A stretch of DNA of 64,000 nucleotides from Octopus bimaculoides (GCF_001194135.2 NC_068991.1:77432881-77496880), one strand, 5' to 3'; shown: positions 11,960 through 24,898, counted from the stretch's first letter. Program-made: numbers and translations. Notes: generated by a model from the letters alone, not told the origin.

Positions 11960-12376
11960 TACAGTTTGATATTTAAGAGATGAGGAATTATGTACATTAT
12001 TTACAATTGACAGATATTTGTCCTCATCTTGTTTGTTGTTAACACAACGTTTCGGCTGATATACCCTCCAGCCTTCATCAGGTGTCTTGGGGAAATTTCG
12101 AACCTGGGTTCTCATTCCTAAGGTATTTTTCAATGTTATTATTATTATTATTATTATTCAGGCCACTGTCTGGAATTAAACTCGGAATCTTGGGGTTAGC
12201 AGCCTACGCTCTTAACCACTATGCCATATGCCCATGGGCAATTATTGCGTGATTTATAAGCCCTAAAATTCACTCCATAATTGCCCAAGGGCATATGGTG
12301 TAGTTAAGAGCACACGCTACCAACCCCAAGATTCCGAGTTCAATTCCAGACAAATATCCGTCAAATGTAAATAATG
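11960..12376 (-). mobile_element. Penelope-like non-autonomous insert with hammerhead motif and internal inversions
   Basis: Bounded by the 13-bp direct repeat tataacaatgtct (11947-11959 and 12377-12389). It contains cgtttcggctg...cagccttcatcag and an inverted segment pair (12167-12245 versus 12277-12352). Confidence 0.7.
12041..12086 (-). ncRNA. Minimal type I hammerhead ribozyme motif
   Basis: Minus strand reads gacac-CTGATGA-a-ggctg-gagggtatat-cagcc-GAAA-cg-TT-gtgtt. Helix I is gacac/gtgtt, helix II is a perfect 5-bp stem, and helix III is reduced to the palindrome AACGTT. Confidence 0.7.
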
Positions 12377-12869
12377 TATAACAATGTCTAGGCATAAAAG
12401 TTTCATTTGAATCTTCATATCTTATTTCATGTTCTGCTTTATGGTCACATCCAAACTTGTTCCAAGTTTCCCACTATAAGATATTAGCGCCATGTCTTCT
12501 CTGCCATTCTTACAAACCTTCTGATCAGGCATCTTACATTCAGATGCTTCGTGGGCCACTGTCTCTTCTCTTTCAGCACATATTCTTGATGCAGCTGAGC
12601 TGTCTTCTTTATTCTTTCTGATGCATCTCAGGCTGATTACCTGATCCTGGGCAGCTAGTATGAAGCTCCTTTTGCAAAACGCCCTTCTTTAACCCCTGCA
12701 TCACCTTGTCGAAGTACCCCATCTTTCTAACTTTGCAATTAAGTTTTTCTCTTTCTATTTTTGCTTCTTAGCTCTGAGGGTTTCTCTTTCATCAATCTCT
12801 AACCTAACATCTCATTTTATTCATGCTTTACCCTCTAAACAAACAAATCAGCAGGGTCATTTCAGTGCC

Positions 12870-13040
12870 TTCTGCTGTTTGTTGTCACTTCTTATATTCT
12901 GAGTTCAAATCCCACTCTGATCATCTTTGCCTTTCATTCTTTATGGGGTTGATAAAATAAGTAACCTCCGACCACTGGGGCGGGGGGGTTAACTGACTAA
13001 CCCCTCCCCTCTAAAATTACTGGTCTTGTGTCAAAACGAG
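12870..13040 (+). mobile_element. SINE family B, degenerate
   Basis: tctgagttcaaatccc...tttgcctttcattctttatggggttgataaaataagt...ctaaaattactggtcttgtgtcaaaa. Confidence 0.7.
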
Positions 13041-15197
13041 AAACAATTATTGTTCTTTTGTTATTATTGTTGTCATCATCGTCATTTTTATCAACATCGT
13101 TATCGTCATCAGTGTCATCATCGTCGTCATCGTCATCATCATCATACTACTACTACTACTACTACAACTACTACTGTTTTCATTATTTCTTTCCTTAATT
13201 CTGGAATCTAATACTAGATTATGTTACCACCTTGAAGAACAGAAATCAGCCAGCAAATTTGGCCCTAAAGCGCTTTATACTTATTTATTTGGTACTTAAT
13301 CTAAATCTTCAACACATTTTAATTATTCTATTCTTTCCTAATAAAGCTGCTTTTGCTCTGCTTTTAGGTATTCTCTTTTAATTTTGATTTCTATTTTAGT
13401 TAATCATTTCCGTAATCTATTAGAGGTCGTATCAGTGTTGCTAATACATTTGTTTTCTTTTTGATGGCAGCATATTTGCAATCTCTTCTTTGAGATCCTG
13501 ATCATTCTCCATATTATCAAGTGTCTCCAGGTATTGCAGTAGCAATTATTCTACACTTTTCTTCATTCTTTGGTTAATTACTAGAATATAAGATCTACTG
13601 TTCTCTGTCATACGGTTGCATTACATGGCGAAATACAGGTGAGTGCCAATGCTGTTTCACAACACCGTTTAATTTATACCTGGCACATATTTCAGAAATA
13701 GCAAACTGACAGAGTCACCAGAGCATTAGGCAAAATGCATTGTGACATTTCCTTCTCGGTTCAAATTTCAAAGAGATCAATTTTTCCTTTCATCTTTACG
13801 GAAATCACTAATCTAAGTAGCAATATTGCTTATCTGGTCAAATACAGGGATTAATATAATCAACTGCCCCATCCTTTCACCCCCCACCCACCCCCGCTCA
13901 CAAAAAAATAATGTGTTGCCTTGCGCATATCCTGAAGAATATTATTATTATTTGTTATCACTATAAAGGATGGTAACTGGTTGAATGGTAGGGGTTTGAA
14001 TGCAATACCATGTAGTATTTATTCACTTATGGCCCTTTTATATTTTGCTTCACATCTCACCAAAGTCTGTCTTCCATCCTTTGAGATCAATTAAATAAAT
14101 ACCACTCAAATAAAGGGATCAATTTAACTGATTGACACCTAACTTCAGATTTCCGGTTTTGTGTCTCTAGTAGAAAAAAATTATTATTGCTGTTGTTGTT
14201 GGTGGTGGTGGTGTTATTAAAGTGATGGATTGAGAGAATCATTAGAATGTCTTGCAATATTTGTTGTGGCTTTTTATATTTTGGTTCCACATCCTGATGA
14301 AGGCAATATTAGCATTCATCCTTTCAGGGTTGATAAAAGAATGTATCTGCCAAGTACTTCAACCTCATCTCCTCAAAATTGCTAGTCTTGCGCCTGAATT
14401 AGAAAAAGTTATTATTATTAATTTCATGGGTGTTATGTTTTTTTTTCACTACATTATCAGTAGAGGAGAAACTTTTGGTAGAGGAGAAACTAAGGCCAAA
14501 ACCACAAAAGGAAATTTCCAAAATGGAGAACACTTTCGTCTGAAGAGAAAAAATATTATCTATCATTATACGCAAAACTGAATTACCACATCTGTCTTAT
14601 AGAAAAACTATTCAAACACTGACTACACCTATACAAATGCTTGTCTCAATACCGAAATTTAGAAAATGGTACTGCACTCTAATATCTTATTTAGAATTTT
14701 GCATGATGAGAAGAAAAGCTTAGCTATAGTATGGTCACTTTTAGAAATGGTCGAGATATTTTAACCTGAATAAAATAACACTTCGTCTACATTATTTCAA
14801 TCCTAAAAAATATAATTGAATTCATTTCCAGCAATCCCCATATCCACAGATCTCTGAAGAATTTCTCATACAAGCTGTTGTAGGAGCTAGATTCATTGAT
14901 TGGCAGTTGACATGGCTTGGCAGTTAATAACCAAAATCCAAAGATTAGTAACAAGCACCATGGATCATTGACAATGCAAAAGCTTTTAGTTGAACCTTGT
15001 AATTCTTGTGATCTCCCTGACTTACTTCACATACACCCTGTGTGTGTTCCCACATGTGTTTAGTCCTGAATATACTATAAAATGCAGTTATGTATTGTAA
15101 CTGATGATGTGGAGGAAAAACAAGAAGTATTTTAGAATAAAATAACCAAGTAACGTTATATGAGTCTACAGTAGTACAAATAACAGTGTTGTACTTC

Positions 15198-15800
15198 TCA
15201 GTACTTTGAATGATATTCCTTTGCCTCTAGGATGGCCACAACATAGTCAGGTATGCTTTTGACCAAAATTTTGTTGTAATTTAGTATCTTCTGTGTCCAA
15301 ACATGCAATATTGTTTCTTTTGAATTCAAAATTGATGAAGCATTATACACTACAATTTTCATCTTTATATGCTACCAAGCATTTTCTAGAGCATTCAGCA
15401 CAGGAAATGGTGCTGGTCATTTACCCAGTAGAATAACATTGTTCTCTCTAAGCCATTCTATCTCCCATTTTGCAGAATAGCAGTATGTACTGCCATTCTG
15501 CTGTTGGAATACAGTATAATTACATGTGATCCTATCAGAAGTCAACTTTTTATTTGTTGTGTCCTCATAGACAGTTAAAGCATGTCTTTAAGCCAGTTCC
15601 CTTTAATCCGATTTTTATGATCCCTGCTTAATCACAGGTGATCCTGGGTGCCTTTTTATGTTATCTGTGGAATTTTCACTGAATGTCTTGTAACTAGATT
15701 GAAGCCTTTCCACAATCGGCATTTTATTGTCAAAGTACTGCCTTTTACTGTTGCTAGCGACTGTGTTTGTATAGCACAGGTAAACGATGTAAATAGGGAT
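15198..15800 (-). pseudogene. Tc1-like transposase relic (C-terminal catalytic region)
   Basis: 15509->15198 reads FQQQNGSTYCYSAKWEIEWLRENNVILLGK*PAPFPVLNALENAW*HIK...ILHVWTQ...LVKSIPDYVVAILEAKEYHSKY*. This is a decayed form of the Tc1 FQQDNA...WPAQSPDLNPIEN.W...LV.SMP.R..AVI.AKG..TKY pattern. The upstream limit is approximate. Confidence 0.75.
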
Positions 15801-16084
15801 GCAACACAAAGAAAATTAATCATAAGCAGTTTGAAAAGTTGCAGCATGAATTCTGCCTGACCTACCAAATGATTTGTAGCCACCTGTCTGACAAAATTGA
15901 AGCAAAGCCTCCTGGGTAACTTCAACAGAGATATTTCACTATGTTGATATCTTCTTGACTAGAGGAGTCTGTTACCATGTAAGGCAACAAGTTGGACTCT
16001 TTTTGGATAGCATTTCTGTAACTTTGTGAAATACTGATGTGCATTGAGTGTCAGAAATGTCAAACAGAAGATGAAATTATAAAG

Positions 16085-16370
16085 TATTGTGTGGAGTCAA
16101 ATATTTTGCAATATCTTTGGTAACTTCTTTGCTTTATTCATCAAGTTTCAGCAAAGACAGGCAAGGATTCACAGTAGAGACCATCGTGTTGCAACCTCTG
16201 AAGCCACTTTTCTGCCAGTTCTTTGATTCCATACAAATACCAGTTCTTGTTTTTTGAAGCGAAGAACTCTTCCACTGAATCTTCTACTTCCACTTGGTTG
16301 ATGAAGCATCACAAGCACAGCAAGTGAGCCATAGATCAGAGCATATCATAATTGGAGGGAGATCTTTTCC
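16085..16370 (-). mobile_element. mariner transposase 3' end plus right TIR region (minus-strand copy)
   Basis: Translation PSNYDML*SMAHLLC..CFINQVEVEDSVEEFFASKNKNWYLYGIKELAEKWLQRLQHDGLYCE, followed by a terminal sequence homologous to 16915-16995. Confidence 0.8.
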
Positions 16371-16379
16371 CACAATCCT

Positions 16380-16995
16380 AACATGTATAAGCAGTGGTTA
16401 AGCAAGGGCCAGCTTCCAGAACCTGTTACCGAACATTGGCATTTGGAATACAAGGTGATGCTCTGTATCTGGAATCTTGAAGGGACAGTTGACTATGAGC
16501 TTGTTCTGGACTGTTGAATTACTGATGCCAGCCTGGACTCCAAACAGCTGGAGCAAACGTAGGCAATTGTGTGACAGAGATAGCTGGCATTGGTTAACAG
16601 AAAGTGAGCTCTTCTGCAACAAGACAACACAAGATCTCATGCCATTCAAATGATCCGGAGTAAATTCCAGGAACTTGAGGGAATTGGTCTGATACTACAT
16701 GCAGCATATAGTCCAGTCCTGGCTCCCTCGGATTATTACTTGCTCTGATCCAAGGCTCAATTCTTGTGCTCACAATGCTTCATCAACCAATTGGAGGTGG
16801 AAGCTTCAGTGAAGGAGTTTTTCCCCTCAAAATACAACTGGTATCAGCTTGGGATCAAAGAATTGGCAGAAAGATGGCTTCGGATGGTGCAACACGATGG
16901 CCTCTACATTGAATGCTAAGCAGCATTTGTTGCAACTTGACAAATAAAGAAAATAAATTACCAAAATAATGCAAAATTCTTAACTCACATGGAAT
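16380..16995 (+). mobile_element. mariner (DD34D-type) transposase relic, 3' portion, plus right TIR region
   Basis: KQWLSKGQLPEP..KVMLCIWNLEG..YEL...LVNRK*ALLQQDNTRSHA...FQELEG...AYSPVLAPSDYYL...EVEASVKEFF...WYQLGIKELAERWLRMVQHDGLYIE. The QDN and YSPDLAPSDY motifs are recognisable. Confidence 0.9.
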
Positions 16996-18908
16996 AAAAG
17001 AGTACAACATCCCCTGTGATGCAAATGACCTCATATAAGCACTAGTGTAGCTGGGGGTGGGGTTGGAACTTTTGGGTCTGCTGTAGGCAAGATGTGTATT
17101 TTGTGGGGTCCAGGGGTGGCAAATGGAAGGGCCACCCCAGGTGGCACACACTCCAGCTACTCTAGTGCATATAAGTAACACTCACTTCAGGAAACTTGCC
17201 AGCTTTCTACTGTAGTAACTTGACTGACACTCAATATAGACTTAGTAATTAGTGATATCAAGGTGAGAGTTGGACAGATTCAGAGACACAAGACAATTTA
17301 GAAAAGGATGGTATGAAAGTTGAAAGACCCCATGGCCAGATTTGAATTCCAAGAAGTACGAGTTAACAAGGGTAATGAGAATGAAGAGATTAGAGATTCA
17401 TAGCATAAAAGAGACAACTGGGAGAATTTACAAGACGACCTGCTGTTGAGCATAGTCTGAATGTGTGAGTGGAGCATGGTTCTAGTGAAAGGGAAAGTGC
17501 CATGGTGGTGAATAGTGATGGCCATAAAAGGTAAGAGACAAACCTAGGAAGACTGGGAGGAAGAAGAGAGTAAAGAACGATAAAGACAAGGTATTTTGGG
17601 TTGCGAATCTCCAGTCATATTCTATGGTTATTGCACGGCATTGAGGGAAGCAGTCGACATGTACATAAAATACATGTGCTATACATGTGTGTTATACATG
17701 TGTATCTGTGCATGAGTGAGAGAGTGTGTAAATGTGTGTGCACAAGGGGGTGGGGAGGGGTAAGTGTTGTAAATGCTAAAGAGAGTAATTCCCTGGAAGG
17801 GACATAACTCAATAGGTGAATGTGACCATTCAGTAAGTAGCGAGTAATAAATTGAGCTTTAGACTTAGCAGTACAGCAAATATAATTAACTAAGACTCTA
17901 GGCCAGTAACCGAAACCAGTTAAAGGGCTGCAACTAGTAAAAGAGAATGGGCAAACAAATATGGAGCCCCACATACAGGGACAGCGGATATTTCCTGTAG
18001 TAAAACACAAGTACAAATTTTAAAAACAAATCTAATACAAATACAATCATCCTTATATACTAAAAATACAGAACATCTGCATGTATGTGTATATGTGTGT
18101 GTATGTATGAGTACACACACACACACACACACATATACATACTTACAAGGGAGGCAACTCTACACAGCTCTGAATACAATAGTCATCTTTACTTGTGTTG
18201 TTCATACCCATCCCATATTCAGAGTCCCACTCAGTCATGGAAACATAACTTGTAGACGCTTACCTACTTCCACACAGTTAGTCATTCATACTTCTCATAT
18301 TTTCTCTATAATTTGTACAAACAGAAAGGGCAGCGCCTACATCATTTCTTATGTTTCATTTAGAATGTTTGAAAGGGTTAATGTATAGTAGGCATACCTG
18401 CCAAAAGAGACGTTAAAAACACCCAAAACAAACTCATTAGTCTGCACACGCACATACACACATACATGAAAAAAGCACAAATCCACTCAAAAGCACAACA
18501 CACATAATTGAATACTTATGTAGAAGCACAGACTCACATATACAAACACATTCATACACGTCACACACAAACACACTCACATTAAGCTTAGTATAAACAA
18601 AAACAGACAAAAGGAAATTTCCGATTATCTTAAGAAAATATTTTCATTTATGACATTATACAAAAGCAATCAAATTTGGTGTTTTCAATGGCAGCAGGGA
18701 TGGGTTCAGAGCAATTAACATGACCTAATTTGTGAAGGAATTAATTACTAGTGTATATTGTCTTGTGGTGATGGTAGTAGGTGATATACTACAGCTAGAC
18801 AGTCTGAGACACACATAACTAATGAAACAGACCCCACCTTCAAATCAATATTCAGCAACAAGGTAAGAAGAGGCTGCTTTTTAATGTCATATAAATAATA
18901 TCTATATA

Positions 18909-18962
<54 letters not shown>

Positions 18963-19194
18963 TGTGTGTGTGTGTGTTGGTGCAGTGTTGCCAATCGGTT
19001 AAGAAGTTCACTTCACAATTATGAGGTTCCTTGCTCGATCCCACCACATGGAATCTGGGGCAAATATCATTTTTAATAGCATTGGGCCAGCCCATACCTT
19101 GTAAATAAACTAGGATAGATGGGAGATGTATTTCAAAAAGAAACAGCCTTGTCAAACTGTCATGCTAATTTTACCTGAGGACTACATTAATGTA

Positions 19195-19226
<32 letters not shown>

Positions 19227-20867
19227 GAGGCACATGACTTACAAAGTGGCTGACGAGTAGGGCTCATGATCACAAGGTTGCAATTTGGACAGTGTGTCAT
19301 GTTTTTGGCCAAGGTAGATTATTTCACACTGCTCCAGTTTATTCAACTGAAAAATGAGCAACTTCTCCCCCCCCCTATCCATTCGGTTATCATCTCCTTT
19401 GATGTTGCACTGGGTCTAAGATTGGAGACCTGAAGGTGTGTCTGTATCTGCTCACAAACTCCAACAAGAAACTGGGTCCTGATTGCATGCAACAGAGTAG
19501 ACCTTATATAAAGCACTTAATGATCAGGTGGAGATGTTACATCAAGTGACGGATTAAGTACAGCACAAAAAAATCTTGAAATGAATCTCATGGAATTAGA
19601 TATTTGCATATTAGAATTGAATGATTTCTTTACACAAATGTACTATTTATATATCTGCTTTTGACAAATCATGGTTTTCTTACTTTTTGTTTTCCATTCA
19701 TTATTTATATACCTTTGTTTTATTATTTTTTTTCTCTCTTTACAATGCTGCTTGTAATAATGCAGCGTCCAATGCTACTGGGAGCATTACTTTCTATGCT
19801 CAACTTTGCAGTATTGCTAAAAGACAGGTTAATCTGCTCTGAATCCTAAGAATCAATGAGGTTGAAGTTAAACTCCAATTTCCATAGCATTAAGAGGATA
19901 GGACATAAATCTTCAGCTGGTGTATTTATTGTATCCCACAGTGTTGGACATAATCTGTTTGCTGGATATAAACTTACTTAATCTGGCTGTGAGGTTTGTG
20001 CTGAAACGTAAATTAATGAAAACACGTGACCAACAAGAGATAGACTTCGTTTCCTTTTGAATTTGCTTTGACAAAAAGGAAAAAAAAGAAGCCGCTAATA
20101 TATGTATGTGTGTGTATATANNNNNNNNNNCTATCTTCCTATCTTTTATCTATCTTACCATTACTACTTCCACACCAAAAAACACTCTCCAGCTGTGAGA
20201 GATTGTCAATGCAAAATAAAAATTACTCACCAGAAAACTTCATAGCTCTTCAGATAATAGAGTCTCATTATGTTTAACAAATATTAATTTATTATTTAAT
20301 CAAATCTGCCAGTACCACTCCACATCTTCTTTTTAATGAAAATGCTGCATATACATAGCAAGTTAGTTGCTATAGCGCCAGCATGGACAAAGTTTACATA
20401 ACACATGAATTATTACCAGCAAGCAATGAAAAAGTCTACATTGCCACTGTTGAAGACAAATAAGACACAAACGCTGAGAGTTGTGTCCCTTGTTTGCTCA
20501 GCCAAACAACAATGTCAGCTGACCCATTATATTTTCATAAATCAATGCGTCTAATCTTCATGTATATATTACTAATGAAACAATCAAATTCAACCTTTTT
20601 ATCTACCGTAATATATTAAGAAATGTCAACTATTTAATAATGAAATATTTTGTCAATGTTCCAGGACTTTGATGTATGAGGGAAAACCTATTTATTGTGA
20701 CACTTACAAACCATCCTGCTTTTCCAAATTCATTCCCTGCTCTTTGATTGGTTTTTCTTTTGTTTTCTTTCATTTTTTTTTTTTTCCATTTTGGTTTCTG
20801 GCTTTTTATTGCTCAGAGGAGAGGGTGACAGTGTAGAAAGGGGAGAAGGTTATAATAATAAATAATG

Positions 20868-20912
<45 letters not shown>

Positions 20913-21680
20913 TATTGACATTTTCTAAAAGTTGAAATCCACTAATTGTAATTCTGCGTTACCAATTCTCAAATAATAGATGAAGTGAATTCATTAAATT
21001 TAAGCATGTATATGACATTAAAAGTAATAAATATTAGAATTCTAATGAAAATTAAATACAAGCCATCCGATATCTATCAACATAGACAATCAAACACCAA
21101 ACAAAAAAAACAAACACAGTGAAGAAAACTGTCCAAAATTCACCCATTAAGCATATTGGAATAGCCCAAAAGAAAATTCGAATTTGTAAAACTCTTCTTT
21201 TTAAATGTTAAATTATGCTTACAAAAGAAACTCTGTTGTTATAAAGCAGTCTGAGGTTGAAATCTAGCAACAATGTTAAACAGGCCAGTCTAAAGTCCAC
21301 TTGCTCAGTGTTTTAGAATAGTTCAACAAGAAACTTTGACCTGTTACTCCAAAAATTTTGCTGTAATGTGTTCGTTAAGAAAAGAAATTAAGTTGTCATG
21401 GAGCTGTTATAAGTTCAATTATAGGGCATTTTAAAATATCTCATTAAGTATTTTGATTTATGATTATAAAAAAATGTATTATTTTTGTATGAATGTTTAA
21501 GAAGATTTATGAAACAAAAATAGTCATGATTATCAATTGTAAATACAATAGGCACAGTAGGTAGTCATTTTCAAAAGCATGAATTTATAGTAAATTCAAG
21601 ACTTAAGACAATTGCATACACGTGGAGAACAGGATGTAGAGATATGTTTGAAGTTTTCATTCTGAATATTTGCTAATGTT

Positions 21681-21886
21681 AAGGGCAGTGAGCTGGCAGA
21701 ATTATTTGCATGCTAGGCAGAATGCTTAGCAGCATTTCATTTGTCTTTACTTTCTGAAGTTGATTTTGCTTTTTAACCTTTTGGGGTCAATATTACAAGT
21801 GCCAGTTGAGCACCAGAGTCAATATAATCTTACTTACTCACCTCTGTCGACCTCACTGGTCTTGGGCCAAAATTTGAAAGCAATGT
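21681..21886 (+). mobile_element. SINE family B with target-site duplication
   Basis: ggcagtgagctggcagaa head. The 12-bp direct repeat tttgctaatgtt lies at 21669-21680 and 21887-21898. Confidence 0.85.
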
Positions 21887-22369
21887 TTTGCTAATGTTCT
21901 AACAGAATTATGATCTTTCAGAAAATATTTATCCAATGAAGATATATTTCAGCTCACATTAAAACTGAATGGGTAATTAAACCAAATAATTTTACAGTTT
22001 CTGTCTTTCCATCTCTCAAAAATGTTATTTTTATTTTTGCAATTAATTTCATCTGTAAAACTATTGTGTTTCAATACATTGTTATAATAAGGGTTTGCTT
22101 ATTATCAGATGAAATACTAGACAACCATATTCTTATCTTGTTATATTTTGGGATGGTCATTTTTGGTTTCTTGACAAATAAACACACACACCATATATTC
22201 ATTTTTTACTGCTATATTATTGTTCTTATTCTATCTTATGTCCATTGTCTGGAAATCTTTTGTCACGCATCTGTGACCTCTTCTGCAACTCTTCCATCCC
22301 ATGTGTCTCCTTCTGTTCTGTTTAGTCCATTCTGTCTTTCTAATCATTTTTACTGAATTATAAATCGTG

Positions 22370-23000
22370 GCTAGAGAAGTTTCATTTGATTCCTAAAGTG
22401 ATGAGCTTTTATGCCTGTAAGTTCTAGGTGATATCTAAAAGTTAACCATTTGCTTTCACTGTAATTTTTGTTTTAAGTTTTTAACTCATTCAAAATTCTT
22501 TTTATATTTGTCTAGATGTTGGGCATTCATAATTTGTGTGCTAATAAGCCCATCATTTTGATATAAACCAGGCTGCAAATTATCAAACATTTTATGAAAC
22601 AGATGTAAAATGCCGGGATCAATATGCTTGGAAATTTCAGCAGTCTCAGCTTCCATAGCTACATCAAAAGTGTCATCCTTTTTAACCAGAAGTCATTATC
22701 ACTGACATTAGAATCGTTGATTAGAATGTGATTTGGAGGAAAAGCTCTGGCCTTTTAATGTAAACATTCATTTATCAAGAAATAAAATACAGTGATATTA
22801 AACTCAATAAATTTATGTGAATCTATGATTGTTATTCTTAAACCAATTAACTACAAAAATATTATTAGAGAATGGTAAATTAGTTATTTGTTTAATCCTA
22901 ACAATAATAGTTTCTAGAATAATTTTTATCACTATATCTGACTCATTTTTGGTGTTTTTCACTGTTGTAAAACTTTAGGGGAATTCAATTCTGATTCAAC
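22370..23000 (-). pseudogene. Penelope-like element reverse transcriptase relic
   Basis: Successive minus-strand blocks HKFIEFNITVFYFLINE.L..KARAF, FWLK/KDDTFDVAM..ETAE...GILH..., PGLYQNDGL and KITVKAN.VNF(L)DIT are collinear with the PLE RT motifs FDI..FYPSI, FDV.MG..DGAE, LYRDDGL and VNFLD.T. Confidence 0.75.
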
Positions 23001-23979
23001 TTTTAATACTTACATACAAACATACATACATACATACATACACACACACGCACACATACATAGCTACATACAAACATACATGCTCACATACATACATACA
23101 TACATATATACATACATACATATGCACTCATACACGCATGCGTGCAACAATCATGCACCAAACAGAAGTGTAATGTATGTTTGTATGCATGCATGCATAC
23201 ATACAAATGTACATATATGTGATTGTCATTTCCGATATTCGTGGAATAGATTTAATAGTCATGTTATCCTCATCATCATCATACACATATACACATAAAA
23301 ACCTGAACACATATATCATACATTTATCTCTACATATGTCTCACAATGCCAGAATGTATACGCGCATGTGTGTATGCATGCACATATCTGTATACATCTT
23401 TGCTAGCATATAAATCATATGATATTGGCTTCTATATGAACACAATTTTATCTCAATAGGAAAACAAGTTAGATATAATGCTACTGAAACCATATTGCTG
23501 TGAGATAACAGAGCTATATCACATGGATATCAGTGAGTGTATTTGTTATGTTACTAAATCTATTATTTCATTTATTTAAAGATGATGTTTATACCATTTA
23601 TTCTCTTTCCTTTCTTTCTTTTATATTTTGTATCCCTATTTCTCATCACAACATGTAACAAGGGGCGAAATGTTAATTTGAAAAGTCGTTAATGATTATC
23701 ATTTATTAATAAATTTAATTCATATGGGCATTACTCTGTTGCCTTGATAATCATTATATCATGACTATTGAGTATGTTTGCAGAAATTTCTCAGTCTCTT
23801 TCAAGATGAGCGAATTATCTCCTTTCTTTTTCCTTGTGTTGTAACTTTGAACTTTGTACCACCCACCATTCTCTCTACACAAGTTATTGTTACCACTATC
23901 TATCACTGATTTTCTCTTGACCTGTCGTCATACATACATACATATATATATTTTTATGTGTGTGTGTATGTATATACAT

Positions 23980-24039
<60 letters not shown>

Positions 24040-24074
24040 CGCACAACTCAGAGTTCCCATCACTACTCCCTTTT

Positions 24075-24474
24075 ACTCTTTTCTCTTTTACTTGTTTCAG
24101 TCTTTTGACTGTGGCCATGCTGGAGCACCACCTTTAGTCGAGCAAATCAACCTCAGGACTTATTCTTTAGAAGCCTAGTACTTATTCTATCGGTCTCTTT
24201 TTGCCGAACCGCTAAGTTACGGGGACATAAACACACCACCATCGGTTGTCAAGTGATGTTGGGGGGACAAACACAGACACACAAACATACATACATATAT
24301 ATATATACATATATACGACGGGCTTCTTTCAGTTTCCGTCTACCAAATCCACTCACAAGGCTTTGATCGGCCCGAGGCTATAGTGGAAGACACTTGCCCA
24401 AGATGCCACGCAGTGGGACTGAACCCGGGACCATGTGGTTGGTAAGCAAGCTACTTACCACACAGCCACTCTTA
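24075..24474 (-). mobile_element. SINE family A, near full length
   Basis: Minus strand starts gagtggctgtgtggtaag (A-box-like), then gggttcagtccc (B-box-like), CORE-like gcatcttgggcaagtgtc, body, and an A-rich tail. Confidence 0.9.
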
Positions 24475-24846
24475 TGCATAATTACACTTCAACACACAGA
24501 CTTCTATGGCTATGTCCTCCAGAAAACTACTACATCATTTTAAAGCCACCATCTCTCCAGCTCAGTCCAGACAACCATAAGAAAACATATACAGCAAAAT
24601 AGCAGCAGCAGCAACAGCATCCATAGCCCACTTCAGCAAGGTACATAATTTTACTTGAGTTTGACTGGCTGAGAAAAGCTGTATCTGCCATTTGGTTGAC
24701 TGGTTAACAGCAGGAAGAGCATCCAGTTGTGAAAAACAATTGTTCTAAGAAGAATTTTGTCACTTACGCAAGCATGGATTAATGAATGCAAAACAGAAGA
24801 AAGAAAAAAAGAATAAATGTTGTTAGTTGCTAGCTTGATTTTCTAA

Positions 24847-24861
24847 TTTTTTTTTTTGTTT

Positions 24862-24898
<37 letters not shown>
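24847..24898. repeat. Poly(T) tract (poly(A) on the minus strand)
   Basis: 36 consecutive T at 24863-24898, preceded by a shorter T run. Confidence 0.95.

Larger units (their letters stand above)
11700..12730 (-). mobile_element. R4/Dong-clade LINE 3' relic interrupted by a Penelope-like insertion
   Basis: 12480-12730 translates (with frameshifts) to LRQG...FILAAQDQVISLRCIRKN...RICAEREETVAHEASECK, the AAQDQ plus zinc-knuckle-like region. Joining across the insert gives CLDIVIFNR (PDIV-like). 11700-11930 gives EEKYENL...KVVILFVIGTRGTV. Confidence 0.75.

Noticed and set aside
14294-14313. ctgatgaaggc...gc, a hammerhead-like start
   Set aside because: The GAAA half is absent and the sequence runs into a family B SINE fragment.
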